A stretch of DNA of 64,000 nucleotides from Octopus vulgaris (lineage: Eukaryota), in assembly GCA_951406725.2 (NCBI GenBank), contig OX597828.1, positions 65,162,001 to 65,226,000 of the forward strand. The letters are read 5' to 3'. This document shows positions 26,922 through 40,203 of this stretch, piece by piece. The notes beneath the pieces were generated by a model, which did no database searches, was not told the origin of the DNA, and saw only the letters and a program-made list of their open reading frames with translations. The stretch's first letter is position 1; each line of letters begins with the position of its first letter. A program made the position numbers and the translations under genes.

Positions 26922-27611
26922 GCATGCCTTAAGCATCGATTCTGTAGAGTGGCCCCTAAGAAAAGAGTTGTCAGCTGTAACTATGTGTTGACCAATGTCG
27001 AGTGTGGAAACATTGAGAGAAAATCAGACGGAAGCTCATCGTATATATACATGCATACACACATACAAGCATTACATATAAACTACATACGTACATACAT
27101 ATATTACATACATATATACATACTTGTGTGTGTGTATCCATGCACGCACGTATGTATGTATATATACGTTAGATGAGGTTAGTATGAGTGTTTGTTCCTG
27201 TGTTCTTGCTTACGAATACGTTTATACTCCTCAACTTGTGCTGTTTTCATGTCCCGTATATTAGGAGTTCCCCAATTAAAATAGATACTAGGATTGACAT
27301 GATTAACTAAACAATATAATTATGAAATCCCAACTTGCTTGCAGTCCCGTATTTGGAACCAGTAAAAAAAGGAAACCAATAAAATACATTTCACTAGAAA
27401 TACGTGTCTGTCCAAGACTGTTCTCTTATCTCTCCAGACAATAAGCTTGTCATCTTACTTTGTGGCATGTCATGTTGGGAAATCCTTAATCAAGAATTTG
27501 TGGTATGATATATGACACATTTGTTTAAATATATGTGAATATATATATATATTCCGTTTTGTATTTGGTTTCCAAGATTCTTTATGTGAATTCGTGTGTT
27601 GAAGCATATTT

Positions 27612-28198
27612 TATTGTGTCTGGGGAGAGTCATTCTCTTTTAGTGCCTTATTAATTTAACACACTCACCGGTCCGATTTCCACTCATTTATTTGACGGGC
27701 ACACGCACACGCATGCACACATACAAACTGGTATACATACATACATACATACATACATACATACATACATACATACATACATACATAGGGAGAGTTTACG
27801 AAAAAAACAAAAGACGAAGACAGGTGGTGTACAAAACAAACAGATGCATTAGTATAACGCTCAGGAATAGAAAAAGTCTTTTACGTTTCGAGCCTAAGCT
27901 CTTCTACAGAAAAGGACACAGAAAAAAACAAGGAGAGAGAAAAATGTGTGTAGTGGCTAACGATTTATCATGACATACATATGTGTATGCGCACACGCAC
28001 TGAATCACACGCATGCCCAGAGAAAAGAGGAACAAAGAACGCAGTTCCGATAACTGTAGAGTCAACGACTATTGAAAAGGTTGTAAGACGCAACAAAATT
28101 TTAGTAACAATAAATAAGTAAATTGGTGGAAATCAGACCGGTGAGTGTGTTAAATTAATAAAGCCTTAAAAGAGAATGACTCTCCCCAGATACAATAG
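27612..28198. repeat. Inverted repeat pair, arms about 80 bp (27612-27692, 28112-28198)
   Basis: TCTGGGGAGAGTCATTCTCTTTTA..TTATTAATTTAACACACTCACCGGTC and its reverse complement. Confidence 0.85.
27790..27972 (-). mobile_element. PLE-derived 3' fragment with minimal hammerhead variant (27876-27915)
   Basis: CTTTT-CTGTAGA-A-GAGC-TTAG-GCTC-GAAACGTA-AAAG; homologous to the 3' end of 5571-7380. Confidence 0.7.
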
Positions 28199-28381
28199 TA
28201 TATGTATATATGTGAGTGTGTATGTGTGTGACTGTATGTGTGTATATGTATATATATATATATATACACATATATATATATATATCTGTGTATGTATATA
28301 TATTTATATATGTATATTTGCATGTATATATGTGTGTATGAGCGTGTGTATATATGTGTGTATACACAAACATGCACACAC

Positions 28382-28427
<46 letters not shown>

Positions 28428-28522
28428 GTGTGTCTGTCTGTCTGTCTGTCTGTATGTATGTATGTATGTATGTATGTATGTATGTATGTATGTATGTATG
28501 TATGTATGTATGTATAGCATTG

Positions 28523-28715
28523 TATGTGTGTTACCCAGCATCGCTTAGCAACCGTTGCTGCTGTGTCTACGTCCTTGTTACATAGCGGTTCAGCAAAATA
28601 GCCCGTTAGAATAAGTAACTGGTTTTAAAACTAAAAACAGAGCTTGAGTGTTGACTCATTCGATAAATTTCTTCAATGTGATGCCTCAGCATGGCCACAG
28701 TCAGATGTCAAATAA
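28523..28715 (+). mobile_element. SINE family C 3' half, diverged
   Basis: GCATCGCTTAGCAACCG..TAGCGGTTCAGCAAAA..CAGCATGGCCACAGTC. Confidence 0.75.
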
Positions 28716-28718
28716 AAA

Positions 28719-28719
<1 letters not shown>

Positions 28720-28766
<47 letters not shown>

Positions 28767-29355
28767 GATAGATAGATAGATAGATAGAGAGAGAGAGGTA
28801 GAGAGAGAGAGAGGTAGATAGATAGATAGGTAGGTAGGTAGGTAGGTAGGTAGGTAGGTAGGTATGTAGGTAGGTAGGTAGGTAGGTAGGTAGGTAGGTA
28901 GGTAGGTAGGTAGGTAGGTAGGTAGGTAGGTAGGTAGGTAGGTGGCTAGCTAGCTAGGTATTATATAGGAATGTATGCATGTATGTACGTATGTACTTAT
29001 ATATGTATATTAAATTTATCATAAATACCAGACATACATACAGATATATGTATGTATTCATACACACATACACACACGCATTCATACATACATACATACA
29101 TACATGCATGCATACATACATACATACATACATACATACATACATACATACATACATACATACATACATGCATGCATGCATGCATACATACATACATACA
29201 TACATACATACATACATACATACATACATACATACATACATACATACATACATACATACATACATACATACATACATGCATACATACATACATACATACA
29301 TACATACATACATACATACATACATACATACATACATACATACATACATACATGC
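28720..29355. repeat. (GATA)n, (TAGG)n and (CATA)n tetranucleotide arrays
   Basis: Directly visible. Confidence 0.95.
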
Positions 29356-30039
29356 ATACGCGCAGACTCCAGCAGACAATTGCATACTGAAGCTCACTTT
29401 TATATCGTCTTCTGAACCGAAAGGAATGACATTCAAAACTCGTGCTGTAAGCTTAATCCATATAATTCTTTTTTTACACGTAAATGAATGGAGAGTGGTG
29501 CACAATTGTTGTGCAGAAAATGAAAAATCTTGTTATTCTTAATTATTTTATCACATGTATTGTGTTGCCAACACAAACGATAATTAAACTAGCTGAGACG
29601 TCACAAGTTCTTGTACAGTCTTCGCTGACAGAAGTGACAGATATTTCATGCTTGGACACAATCTATAATTTGTAAGTTCATAATAGTGTGATTGAGAAAT
29701 GAATAACTTTGAAAAAATAAATTTTCGTACAGTACCTTAAATATCAACATTTTCTCTCTTTGTTTAGCTGACTTTTCTACAAATAATTACATATCACCTA
29801 AAAAGATACGCTGAGAATCCTTGCAACACCCTTATATTTCATTTTGCTTTATATATTACCAGCTAGAAAGCTCTAGCGTATTAGTGACCATACTGTGGAC
29901 ATCCTACAGCAAATTTTGACACTTCATAATATACCATACTATGTTATGTTAAGTAATAACTTCTATAATAGACACAGGGTATCAAATTTTGTTCCGGTAG
30001 AGTTAGTCAATTACACCGATAACTGTGCTCAATTAGTAC

Positions 30040-30207
30040 TTATTTCTTTATTGCCCACAAGGGGCTAAACATAGAGGGTACAAACAAGGACAGACGAAGG
30101 GATTAAGTCGATTACATCGACCCCAGTGCATAACTAGAACTTAATTTATTGACCCCGAAAGGATGAAAGGTAAAGTCGACCTCGACGGAATTTAAACCGA
30201 AGAACGT
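30040..30207 (-). mobile_element. SINE family A long-tail copy, 5'-truncated
   Basis: Core plus tail; the tail abuts the remnant of an older family A copy (29975-30040). Confidence 0.85.
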
Positions 30208-31063
30208 ATGTTAAGTGTGAACCTGATAGTGTATGTCTTTCCTAATGAGTACAGTGATTGACTATACTCTGAGAAATGTGCAAGATTTTGGAGCGAAGAA
30301 TCAATGTGGATCTTTGCAACTCAAGAGTGTCATTGGCTGCTATTTAAAACATTAACATAAAATTCTATATATCCTCCTCTAATAGTCACAAAATTGATTA
30401 TATGCCATTTGAATGGATAATGAAAATCGAAAACATCTATTGTTTTCTCCTTCAGACAAATGATTTTTTTCCTACAGTTACAGCAGGCAGCCACTCAACT
30501 CACACCTAATTCACTGTTAATATACGATCTCATGAATAAACATACAAATACCAAGCATTATAGAATCCATTTAGTTAACAAACAATTACAGTATATTCTC
30601 TAATCTACCTTAAAGCTTTTTATTATGATACAAATATATAATAATTTCACAATGCCCTGATAATATACTTCATCAAACTTGTCATTGATACCGATGACAT
30701 TAAAGTATGCTAAACTTGATTACAACCGTGATATAATTAAATGCAGCGGACCTGAACAAACTGTATCAAAATAAAATAAAGATAAAGGTGATTGATTCGC
30801 ATTAGCTTTACTAGTTTTTAAAGTGAGTCTTAGCGATGAATTACTTCAAATGATACCATCAGCATGAATTCTGGTTGAAGGGGATTATAAAATCATTAAA
30901 CAAAATACCTCGCACATGTTACGCCATAACGACGATAATAAATACACTATCGTCGGTGTTATAATCGCGGCATCATAAACATGAGATTTCATTTTTGCCC
31001 TTTTTTTTGCCTTTTTCTTTTCAGATGTACTCAAACACACATATACAAAATAATGCGTACACT

Positions 31064-31262
<199 letters not shown>

Positions 31263-31454
31263 CGTACAGACGACACAAACACATACACACGACACACACA
31301 ACACATACATCTGGATGGATGGATAGATGGATGGATGGATGGATAGATGGATGGATGGATGGATTTTATGGATGCCAAGCGCAATAGTAGAGAAGAAACC
31401 AATGGGAACGCAATAACCAGAAATATACTACTAGACAATAAAAAGTTTGTATAT

Positions 31455-31836
31455 ATGGTTGCTTCCCATCCCAAACATATAGTTCTGGTTTCAGTCCCAC
31501 TGTATGTCACCTTGAGCAAGTACCTTCTACAAATACATGGAATCGATCAAAACATTGTGAGTGGATTTGGTTGACGGAAACTGAAAGAAGGCTCATCATG
31601 TGTGTGTGTTGTGTGAGTGTGTGTGTGTGTATGGTTGTACTGCTCTGTGTCTGAGTTTCCCCACCACCACCACCACTTGGCAACAGGTGCTGGTGTGTTT
31701 ACGTCCCCGTAGCTTAGCGGTTCGGCAAAACAGACGATAGAATAAGTACTAAGCTTTAAAAACAACAAAGAAGTATTTGGGTCAAGTTTTTTCCCCAGGA
31801 TGGTCACAGTCTAATGACTGAAACAAATAAAAGATA

Positions 31837-31840
<4 letters not shown>
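31455..31840 (+). mobile_element. SINE family C, older copy
   Basis: GTCACCTTGAGCAAGT core, GTGAGTGGATTTGG..GACGGAAACTGAAAGAAG. Confidence 0.8.
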
Positions 31841-31917
<77 letters not shown>

Positions 31918-31956
31918 GGGATGGATGGATGGAGAAATAGAGGGATGGATGGAGAA

Positions 31957-31994
<38 letters not shown>

Positions 31995-32002
31995 GGATGG
32001 AG

Positions 32003-32067
<65 letters not shown>

Positions 32068-32071
32068 TTAT

Positions 32072-32488
32072 GCGCAGGAGTGGCTGTGTGGTAAGTAGCT
32101 TGCTTGCCAACTACATGGTTCTGGGTTCAGTCCCACTGCGTGGCACCTTGGGCAAGTGTCTTCTACTATAGCTTCGGGCTGACCAAAGCCTTGTGAGTGG
32201 ATTTGATAGACGGAAACTGAAAGAAGCCCGTCGTATATATGTATATATATACGGGTGTATGTGTTTGTGTGTCTGTGTTTGCCCCCTCCCCCAACATCGC
32301 TTTACAACCGATGCTGGTGTGTCTACGTCCTCGTAATCTAGCGTTTCGGCAAAAAGAGACCGATAGAATAAGAACTAGGCTTCCAAAGAATATGTCCTGG
32401 GGTCGAATTGCTCCGACTAAAGGCGGCGCTCCAGCATGGCCGCAGTCAAATGAGTGAAACAAGTAAAAGAATAAAAGACTAAAACGAG
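32072..32488 (+). mobile_element. SINE family C (tRNA-like head, CORE-like domain, internal TA/TG tract)
   Basis: GCGCAGGAGTGGCTGTGTGG head, GGCACCTTGGGCAAGTGTCTT CORE-like motif, tail of GTAAAAGA-like units. Confidence 0.92.
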
Positions 32489-32732
32489 TAGGTGAGTGTG
32501 TATGTGTGCATGAAAGTTTATATGGGTCTATATCCGCGTATGAACCTCTTTGACTGGAGGAAGGTCCAGTGTAGATGTTGATAGATTTTGATAGACGTTG
32601 ATAGATGTGCGTGTATAATCTTAATAAATGCGAACGTTTAATCCGCAAACGCATCGCATATATTTACTCATGCATTTATCACAAACAAACGCCCCTTTAT
32701 AACATATATACGCGTTTACAAGTAAGCACATA

Positions 32733-33127
32733 TACTCTTTTACTCTTTTATTTGTTTCACTCATTTGACTGCGGCCATGCTGGAGCACCACCTTTAGTCG
32801 AGCAAATCGACCACGGGACTTATTCTTTGTAAGCCCAGTACTTATTCTATCGGTCTCTTTTGCCGAACCGCTAAGTTACGGGGACGTAAACACACTAGCA
32901 TCGGTTGTCAGGCAATGCTAGGGGGACAAACACACACACACATACATATATATATACATATATACGACAGGCTTCTTTCAGTTTCCGTCTACCAAATCCA
33001 CTCACAGGGCATTGGTCGGCCCGGGGCTATAGCAGAAGACACTTGCCCAAGATGCCACGCAGTGGAACTGAACCCAGAACCATGTGGTTGGTTAGCAAGC
33101 TACTTACCACACAGCCACTCCTGCGCC
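32733..33127 (-). mobile_element. SINE family C, full length
   Basis: Reverse-complement homologue of 32072-32488. Confidence 0.92.
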
Positions 33128-33690
33128 TATATGTATATACAATATACATATATGTAGGAAAGCATGTATTTTGATATTTCTATCTTCTTCAAAAGGCGAA
33201 GAAACAATTATGTAATTTAATATAGATGCGAAAATTAAAATTATATCATGAATATATATTAATAAATAATGCGTATAACTGCGCATGTATTTTGAGTGTA
33301 TATTTATTGCAGTGTATTGCTATGTTATGTTCTACAAGCAAGTAACAAGGAGCATTCTATAATTTGATAATGGTAAGATCTATTGAGAAATATTTCTGTG
33401 CAAAGGCATATAAGTGTGAGGTGAGGTGTATTACTGTATTTATAATATGCACACGCACATAGAAACATATACATATATGCCTATGTATATATGTGTGCGT
33501 GTGTGTGTGTGCATTTATATATACACCACACACACACATACACACGCATTATATATATATATATATATATATACGTATGTCATCCATGGGACTGAGGATT
33601 GATTTGAAATTGTTATAAACGTTTTGGTAGTGGAATGAATTCACAAACGAAAATCCACACGCATATGGTATATGCGAGTATGTGTCTATG

Positions 33691-33738
<48 letters not shown>

Positions 33739-34534
33739 GACAAGCAAACTCATTCGCACACGCGGACACGTACACACACACATAAACACACGTATCTGCA
33801 TGTATGTATGCATGTATGTACGCAAGCATGTATACATGCATGTATGTGTGTACGTATATAATTCTATGAGAAATTGGCATTTTACTCACGTTTCACCTTC
33901 TGTTTCATGTCAACTGTCGAGAGTGGAAACTGGCACAGACCGTCAGGCTTTGACATAGTACATATATCTTTCCACTCTAATGTACTTACAGGATTTAGTA
34001 GACGATTATGCCTGTTCTTAGTGTTACATATATAGAGAAATACATACATGCATACATACATACAGACAGTCATACATGGATATAAACGCACAAACACGCA
34101 TACACACATACTCAGATATGTTTTGCAGTTCTTATATTTTGATTGATGTATGCAGATAATTACATATGAGTGTGTATGAGCATTCATGTACTCATATGTA
34201 GATATTTATAAACATACACGAAATTATGTGAATTTCTGCGAATAGTAATTTCTTTTCACTTCTAAGATCTCTGACTTGATATGATACGTCTGAGTAGGCA
34301 ATCAATTCATTCGTTTACTCACTTATAAGCGAAACCTAAATAGATGAACAGCTTATTAAATGATAGCTAAGCTAATATTAAGCATAGATTCTCCCTAATC
34401 ATTTAGTTCGTGAAAACATATGTTTGTATGCATAATTATACACATTTTCACACAAACACACACATGTATATATACATGTGTGCTTAAATAGATAGATATA
34501 TATTTACACACATATATAAATATATATGAATAAA

Positions 34535-34695
34535 GGCGCAGGAGTGGCTGTGTGGTAAGTAGCTTGCTTACTAACCACATGGTTACGGGTTCATTCCCAC
34601 TGCGTGGCACCTTGGGCAAGTGTCTTGTACTATAGCTTCGGGTCGACCAAAGTCTTGTGAGCGGATTTGGTAGACGGAAACTGAAAGAAGCCGTC

Positions 34696-34730
<35 letters not shown>

Positions 34731-34968
34731 CATATGTATGTGTGTGTATATGTTTGTGTATCTGTGTTTCCCCCCGCCCCAACATTGCTTGTTGACAACC
34801 GATGCTCGTGTGTTTACGTCTGTAACATAGCGGTTCAGCAAAAAGAGACCGATAGAATAAGTACTAGGCTTACAAAGAATAGGTCCTGGGGTCGATTTGT
34901 TCGACTAAAGGCGGTGCTTCAGCATGGCCGCAGTCAAATGACTGAAACAAGTAAAAGACTAAAAGAGT
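34535..34968 (+). mobile_element. SINE family C, full length
   Basis: Same head, core and tail. Confidence 0.92.
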
Positions 34969-35267
34969 ATGAGTGTGTATGTGTGTGTGTGTGTGTGTGA
35001 GCACGCGCGCGCGCGTGTATGTTGTTTGTGTGTGCGTGTGTGTGTGCGAATATATGTTTTCTGTTTTAGGAAACAGTACTTGAAGCATACTTGGGGCTTC
35101 TGAATTTTGCCGGGTGGTTTCGAATTCGAAATGAACGTCTCTAACCTTGTAAGTGTCGTCATCTATATAAACAATTTTCTTCATCATGCTATACGTAATT
35201 GAGTACTTGACCCTAAAACATAGTCCTATATTTAAGGGATATATACAATATATATATATATATATAT

Positions 35268-35313
<46 letters not shown>

Positions 35314-35459
35314 ATGCATGTATGTATGTATATAAACAATTGCAGCGTAGAAGGTGTTTATAAGCCATTTAAGAAACACACAACGCTTCAACATTTAAAC
35401 CTTCCACGCTGCAATTGGTTTCGTTCCAGCACAAGATCTCAGATCAGGTCACTTGCTAT

Positions 35460-35504
35460 GCTCATTCCTAAGGTACTTTTCGATGTTATTATTATTTTTA
35501 TTAC

Positions 35505-35551
<47 letters not shown>

Positions 35552-35610
35552 TCACTATCTGGGATCTGGAATCGAACTCAGAATCTTGGGGTTAGTAGCC
35601 CGCAATCTTA
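35460..35610 (-). mobile_element. Partial copy of the tRNA-head/(AAT)n SINE (family D)
   Basis: GCGGGCTACTAACCCCAAGATTCTGAGTTCGATTCCAG..GTGACCTG-(AAT)n-CATCGAAAAGTACCTTAGGAATGAG, as at 37858-38028. Confidence 0.8.
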
Positions 35611-35677
35611 TACAAATATACACAGAGACACACACATATATATACATACACACAGATACATACATACATACATACAT

Positions 35678-35723
<46 letters not shown>

Positions 35724-35924
35724 GAATACATGTAATATGGGAGAAGTAATAGTCTCATTAGGTTTCTGCGTTTGTTTATTCGTATTCAATTATATTCCTA
35801 TTACGCGTTCCATAAATAGAATTTTAGACAAGTACCTGATTCATGTCTGTGTGTGTATATATACATGTATATCTCTGTGTGTATATATGTGTGAATGTAT
35901 GTATATACATACATACATATATAC

Positions 35925-36128
35925 GAAACGTTAGCACGCCGGGCGAAATGCGTAGCCGTATTTTGTCTGTCGTTACGTTCCGAGTTCAAATTCCGTCGAG
36001 GTCAACTTTGCCTTTCATCCTTTCGGGGTCGATAAATAAAGTACCAGTTTCGCACTGTAATCGACCTAATCCCTTTGTCTGTCCTTGTTTGTCCTCTCTG
36101 TGTTTAGCCTCTTGTGGGCAATAAAGAA

Positions 36129-36130
<2 letters not shown>
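35925..36130 (+). mobile_element. SINE family A long-tail copy
   Basis: Head fragment, core and tail, flanked by TA-rich repeats. Confidence 0.88.
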
Positions 36131-36186
<56 letters not shown>

Positions 36187-36667
36187 GTATGTATTTATAT
36201 ACACACACATACATGTATGCATGTATGTATGCATCCATGTGTGTATGTGTGTATGTATGTATAGCGAGTAAGAGATAGTGAGTGTTGGTATTACGTTTCG
36301 TAATCTCCAACTTCCAAGACATACCCACACACAAATATTATCAAATAACTAATCACGAAATTTCCCGTCACTTCCGTTAAGATAAAACCATCGTGATATT
36401 AACGTCTCTCAACTTGTGACATATTTTAAAAGTCATTTGATTTATTTCTTTATTCTGATAGACGTGTTACATGATTAATCGTCCGTTTGAAGTCGGGGGT
36501 TTATACAGTATGTCTGGACTGAAGTCATGTTCGAATAACACACAAATAAATAAGCGTACTAACTCTTAGATACAACAACTAATGCATCAAGTAATATATA
36601 TGTGTGTACGCGCGCACAGACACATACACACGCATATATATATATATATATATATATACAGACACAC

Positions 36668-36748
<81 letters not shown>

Positions 36749-36749
<1 letters not shown>

Positions 36750-37050
36750 CTTTCTTTATTAGCCACACAGGGCTGGACACAGAGGAGACAATTACAAATG
36801 TAGAGCTTTTCTTTTCGGAGGTAGAGAAGGAAAAAAAAAAGGAAACAAATGTAAAATTTCGATCAAAAGGGATCGGGAAAAAAAAAGCGATCAAAAAGGA
36901 TTTTGTATCACAGAAAGAAAAATTTTATTTTTCAAAGTAACAAACAAGATTAGGTTCATCCGTGGAAAGAAAAGCCTACAGAAAAGACCACGGTAACCTC
37001 AGACAGGGAGGAAATAAACACATGAGAGCAAAGTGCTCTCTCTCTCTTTT
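36749..37050 (-). mobile_element. Non-coding retroposon abutting (GATA)n, copy 2
   Basis: Homologous to 26283-26630 with the same GAGAGCAAAGTG-(CT)n end. Confidence 0.8.
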
Positions 37051-37724
37051 ACGATTTACAGGATCATGCTCAAAGTGATTTCGTCACTCGCACGCACCAT
37101 CCTTGCTATATTCACCCATCTTTTTTTGAAACTTTCACAGATAGATAGATAGATAGATAGATAGATGTTTGTGCTGACCACATAAATATACATTATTCAA
37201 AATGAAAGCTAATAACTTAGGACTGATGAGAATTATAGTATAAGAAGAATGAATCGGTATAATTTCCTTTCTACTATAGTCACAAGGCCTGAAATTTAAG
37301 GTGGGGAAATAAGTTGATTACTTCTACTCCAGTGATTGACTTGAATGATGAAAGACAAAGTCGACGTCGCCGGAATTTGAACTCAACGTAAAAGCGGACA
37401 AAATGCTGCTAAACGAGTTGCCCGATGTGCTAACCATTCTGCCAGCTCATCGCCTTTGTCTCGGTATAATTTAATGCACGTTTAACTTAGTATGGTTTCT
37501 AGCATGATAGTACTTGGCATTATATGCGGCAGAAATAGATTTATTCAGAATTCTTGTTATGAATATCCCTGACGTGCAACTTTTGTTGTTGTTTTTTTTT
37601 TACTTCCAAGATACAAAGACTGTGAATGCGAATACTTTGTTCATTACGGATCGGCATATTTCGGAAGAGGTCGTACAATTTTAAATTCTAAATGTTTGTT
37701 TTTGTTTCTCAAAACATGAATGTA

Positions 37725-37880
37725 CTTATTTATATTATTTGCATTATTTACATTTATCGCATATTTGTCCTCATCTTGTTTATTGTTAACACAACGCTTC
37801 GGCTGATATACCCTCCAGCCTTCATCAGGTGTCTCAGGGAAATTTCGAACCTGGGCTCTCATTCCTAAGGTATTTTTCGA

Positions 37881-37957
<77 letters not shown>

Positions 37958-38028
37958 TCACTGTCTGGAATCGAACTCAGAATCTTGGGGTTAGTAACCC
38001 GCGCTCTTAACCACTACGCGTTATGCCC
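37725..38028 (-). mobile_element. SINE family D: tRNA-like head, (AAT)n linker, hammerhead-bearing tail
   Basis: Head 38028-37955 (CGCGTAGTGG A-box-like, GAGTTCGATTCC B-box-like, GGG-TTACTAA-CCC anticodon-like arm); tail GACAC-CTGATGA-A-GGCTG-loop-CAGCC-GAAGCGTT-GTGTT at 37833-37788. Confidence 0.8.
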
Positions 38029-38030
38029 GT

Positions 38031-38143
38031 CGGTATATCAGCCGAAACTTTGTGTTAACAAACAAGATGAAGACAAATATCCGTCAAATGTAAATAATAT
38101 AAATAATGTACATAATTCCTCATCTCTTAAATATAGAACTGTA
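38031..38143 (+). mobile_element. Inverted 5'-truncated copy of the family D tail
   Basis: GGTATATCAGCCGAAACTTTGTGTTAACAAACAAGATGAAGACAAATAT is the inverse of 37760-37812. Confidence 0.85.
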
Positions 38144-38385
38144 TAAATGTACTGCGATAAAAAAATCTTACGATTATGTAGCAGGGTTTCTGAAAGTTTG
38201 TATATGTGATAGAACCTAATGTTGAATAAGTTAGCACAACCATCCCAAAGATACACTCAGACGGTTAAGCAATAATATATATTTTAGACATTGACTTGTT
38301 AGATTCCCACTGTTCGCATTAGGTAATGGTACTGTATTATTTATAGGCGCAGGCGTGACATAGACGACGGTACAGCATTGGTGCA

Positions 38386-38680
38386 GACGTAGCTCTATGG
38401 TAAGAAGTTTGCTTTCCAACCACATGGTTGTGGGTTCATTCTCGCTGCGTGCCACCTTGGGCTGTGTATTCTAGAATAACCTCGGCCGACTCGAATAACC
38501 ACGCCTAGTGGGTGGATTATGACTGACAAGCTAGTTCTATATGTGCGCACTTGTGTGTGTGTATGTAAATGAGTGTGCATGTGCGTGTGCGTGCACATGT
38601 GTGTGTGTATACGTGCGTGCATGTGAGTCTTAGTGTGTTTCCCCACTGCCACTTGATAACTGGTGTTGCACTGCTTACGA
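38386..38680 (+). mobile_element. Old family C-like SINE
   Basis: GGTAAGAAGTTTGCTTTCCAACCACATGG..CCACCTTGGGC. Confidence 0.65.
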
Positions 38681-38944
38681 AAGCGTGTGTATATATTGTT
38701 CCAGATGTGATACCACGATGAGACATCTTGTGTATATATATATGACGTTTATTATAGTATCGGCTGGATCTCGTAAAATGAATTACTTATGTTGGAACTG
38801 TGTAGAAACTCGTGGATTCAATACGTACACACCCACCCACACACACACACCCACACCCACACACCCACACCCACACACACGCGCTACATAACAAGTGCAG
38901 GAAAACAAGAAATTTATACATACATACATATATATATATATATA

Positions 38945-39815
38945 TCAGGTCATTAAGAATGAAATGTCCGAGTTTGAACTGAAAGTTTACTGTACTTTAT
39001 CTCAACAAAATGCAATGCAGTTAACTAAAGTATGCACCTAAATTATCAACACAATTTTGCCATTTTATCGGCAGCTTATTTATGCTGACAGCGAAGAACT
39101 CTGGAGAGCAAGAGGAGATGAAATCACGGAAGGCTGTTTTTGCATCTCCTTCAGATTTGAAGTTTTTTTTTCTAGCAAAAAGATGTCTAATTCCTGGAGA
39201 ACGTGATAGTCAGTTGGTGCAAGGCCTGGTGAATATGGTAAATGATAGAGTACTTCTAGGTTCAGTTTCTGTAACTTGAGTAGCGTTCTTTGTGCCGCAT
39301 GTTGTCAAGCATTGTCTTGCAGAAGAATTGGTCTGTATCTATTGACAAATCTCGGTTGTTTAATTGCAAGTTTACTCATCATTTGACGCACCTGGTTGAT
39401 GTATACATCCGCTGTAATTGACTTACCAGGTTTCATGATGCTGTAGTGGATGACACCAGCGCTGGACCACCAAATAGAAACTATTGGCTCTTTTTGGTAA
39501 ATATTCGTTTTGGATTGTGTTTTGGCACTTCGTCTCTACACAACCACCGTGCAGAATGATTGCTATTGTTGAAAAGAATCCATTTTTCTTCACACGTAAG
39601 AATAGGATGCAAAAATGGTTCACTTTATCACGTGACTGCAAGGAACAGCAAGTTTTAAGACAGCGTGTCATTTGATGCTCGTTCAGTTCGTGTGGTACCC
39701 ACTTGTCCAGCCTCTTTACCTTGCTAGTTTGTTTCAGATGTTCAAATACAGTGGGAATCAAAACATCAAACCTTGCTACTAACTCAAGCGTAGTTTGAGA
39801 TGTATCCGCTTCCAC
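38945..39815 (-). mobile_element. Mariner transposase pseudogene with probable 3' TIR
   Basis: KWVPHEL motif (ORF 39423-39830), LTCEEKWILF, HLPYSPGLAPTDYH; end abuts (TA)n at 38944. Confidence 0.92.
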
Positions 39816-39820
39816 TACAC

Positions 39821-39899
<79 letters not shown>

Positions 39900-40030
39900 A
39901 TAATAAAGACTGACGAATTTGAATAGAAGTAGGGACGATACGCTATATTCCCGGTCAGTTTAGCTATGTAAAATTAATTAATCAATTAATGATTAATAAT
40001 TTGACCAAGTAGTTCGGTATGTTAAAAAAA

Positions 40031-40203
40031 ATTCTATAATTATAAGCATAATTATAATTAGGGTTCAGCAAAAATTGCTTCACCACATACCGAAATTTAG
40101 AAATAGCAGTTAAATAGTATTTAACTGCTATTTCTAAATGTCGTTATGTGGTGAAACCATTTTTGCTGAACCCTAATTATAATTATGCTTATAATTATTG
40201 AAT
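40031..40203. repeat. 173-bp near-perfect palindrome
   Basis: 86-nt arms around a single G at 40117, five mismatches counted. Confidence 0.95.

Noticed and set aside
29398-29444. 47-nt minus-strand exon (RVLNVIPFGSEDDIK)
   Set aside because: Weak acceptor, and the sequence resembles a decayed family A SINE core.
36285-36327. Minus-strand GGTAT..GAAACGTA-ATACC hammerhead-like frame
   Set aside because: The CUGANGA box is unrecognisable and stem II is minimal.
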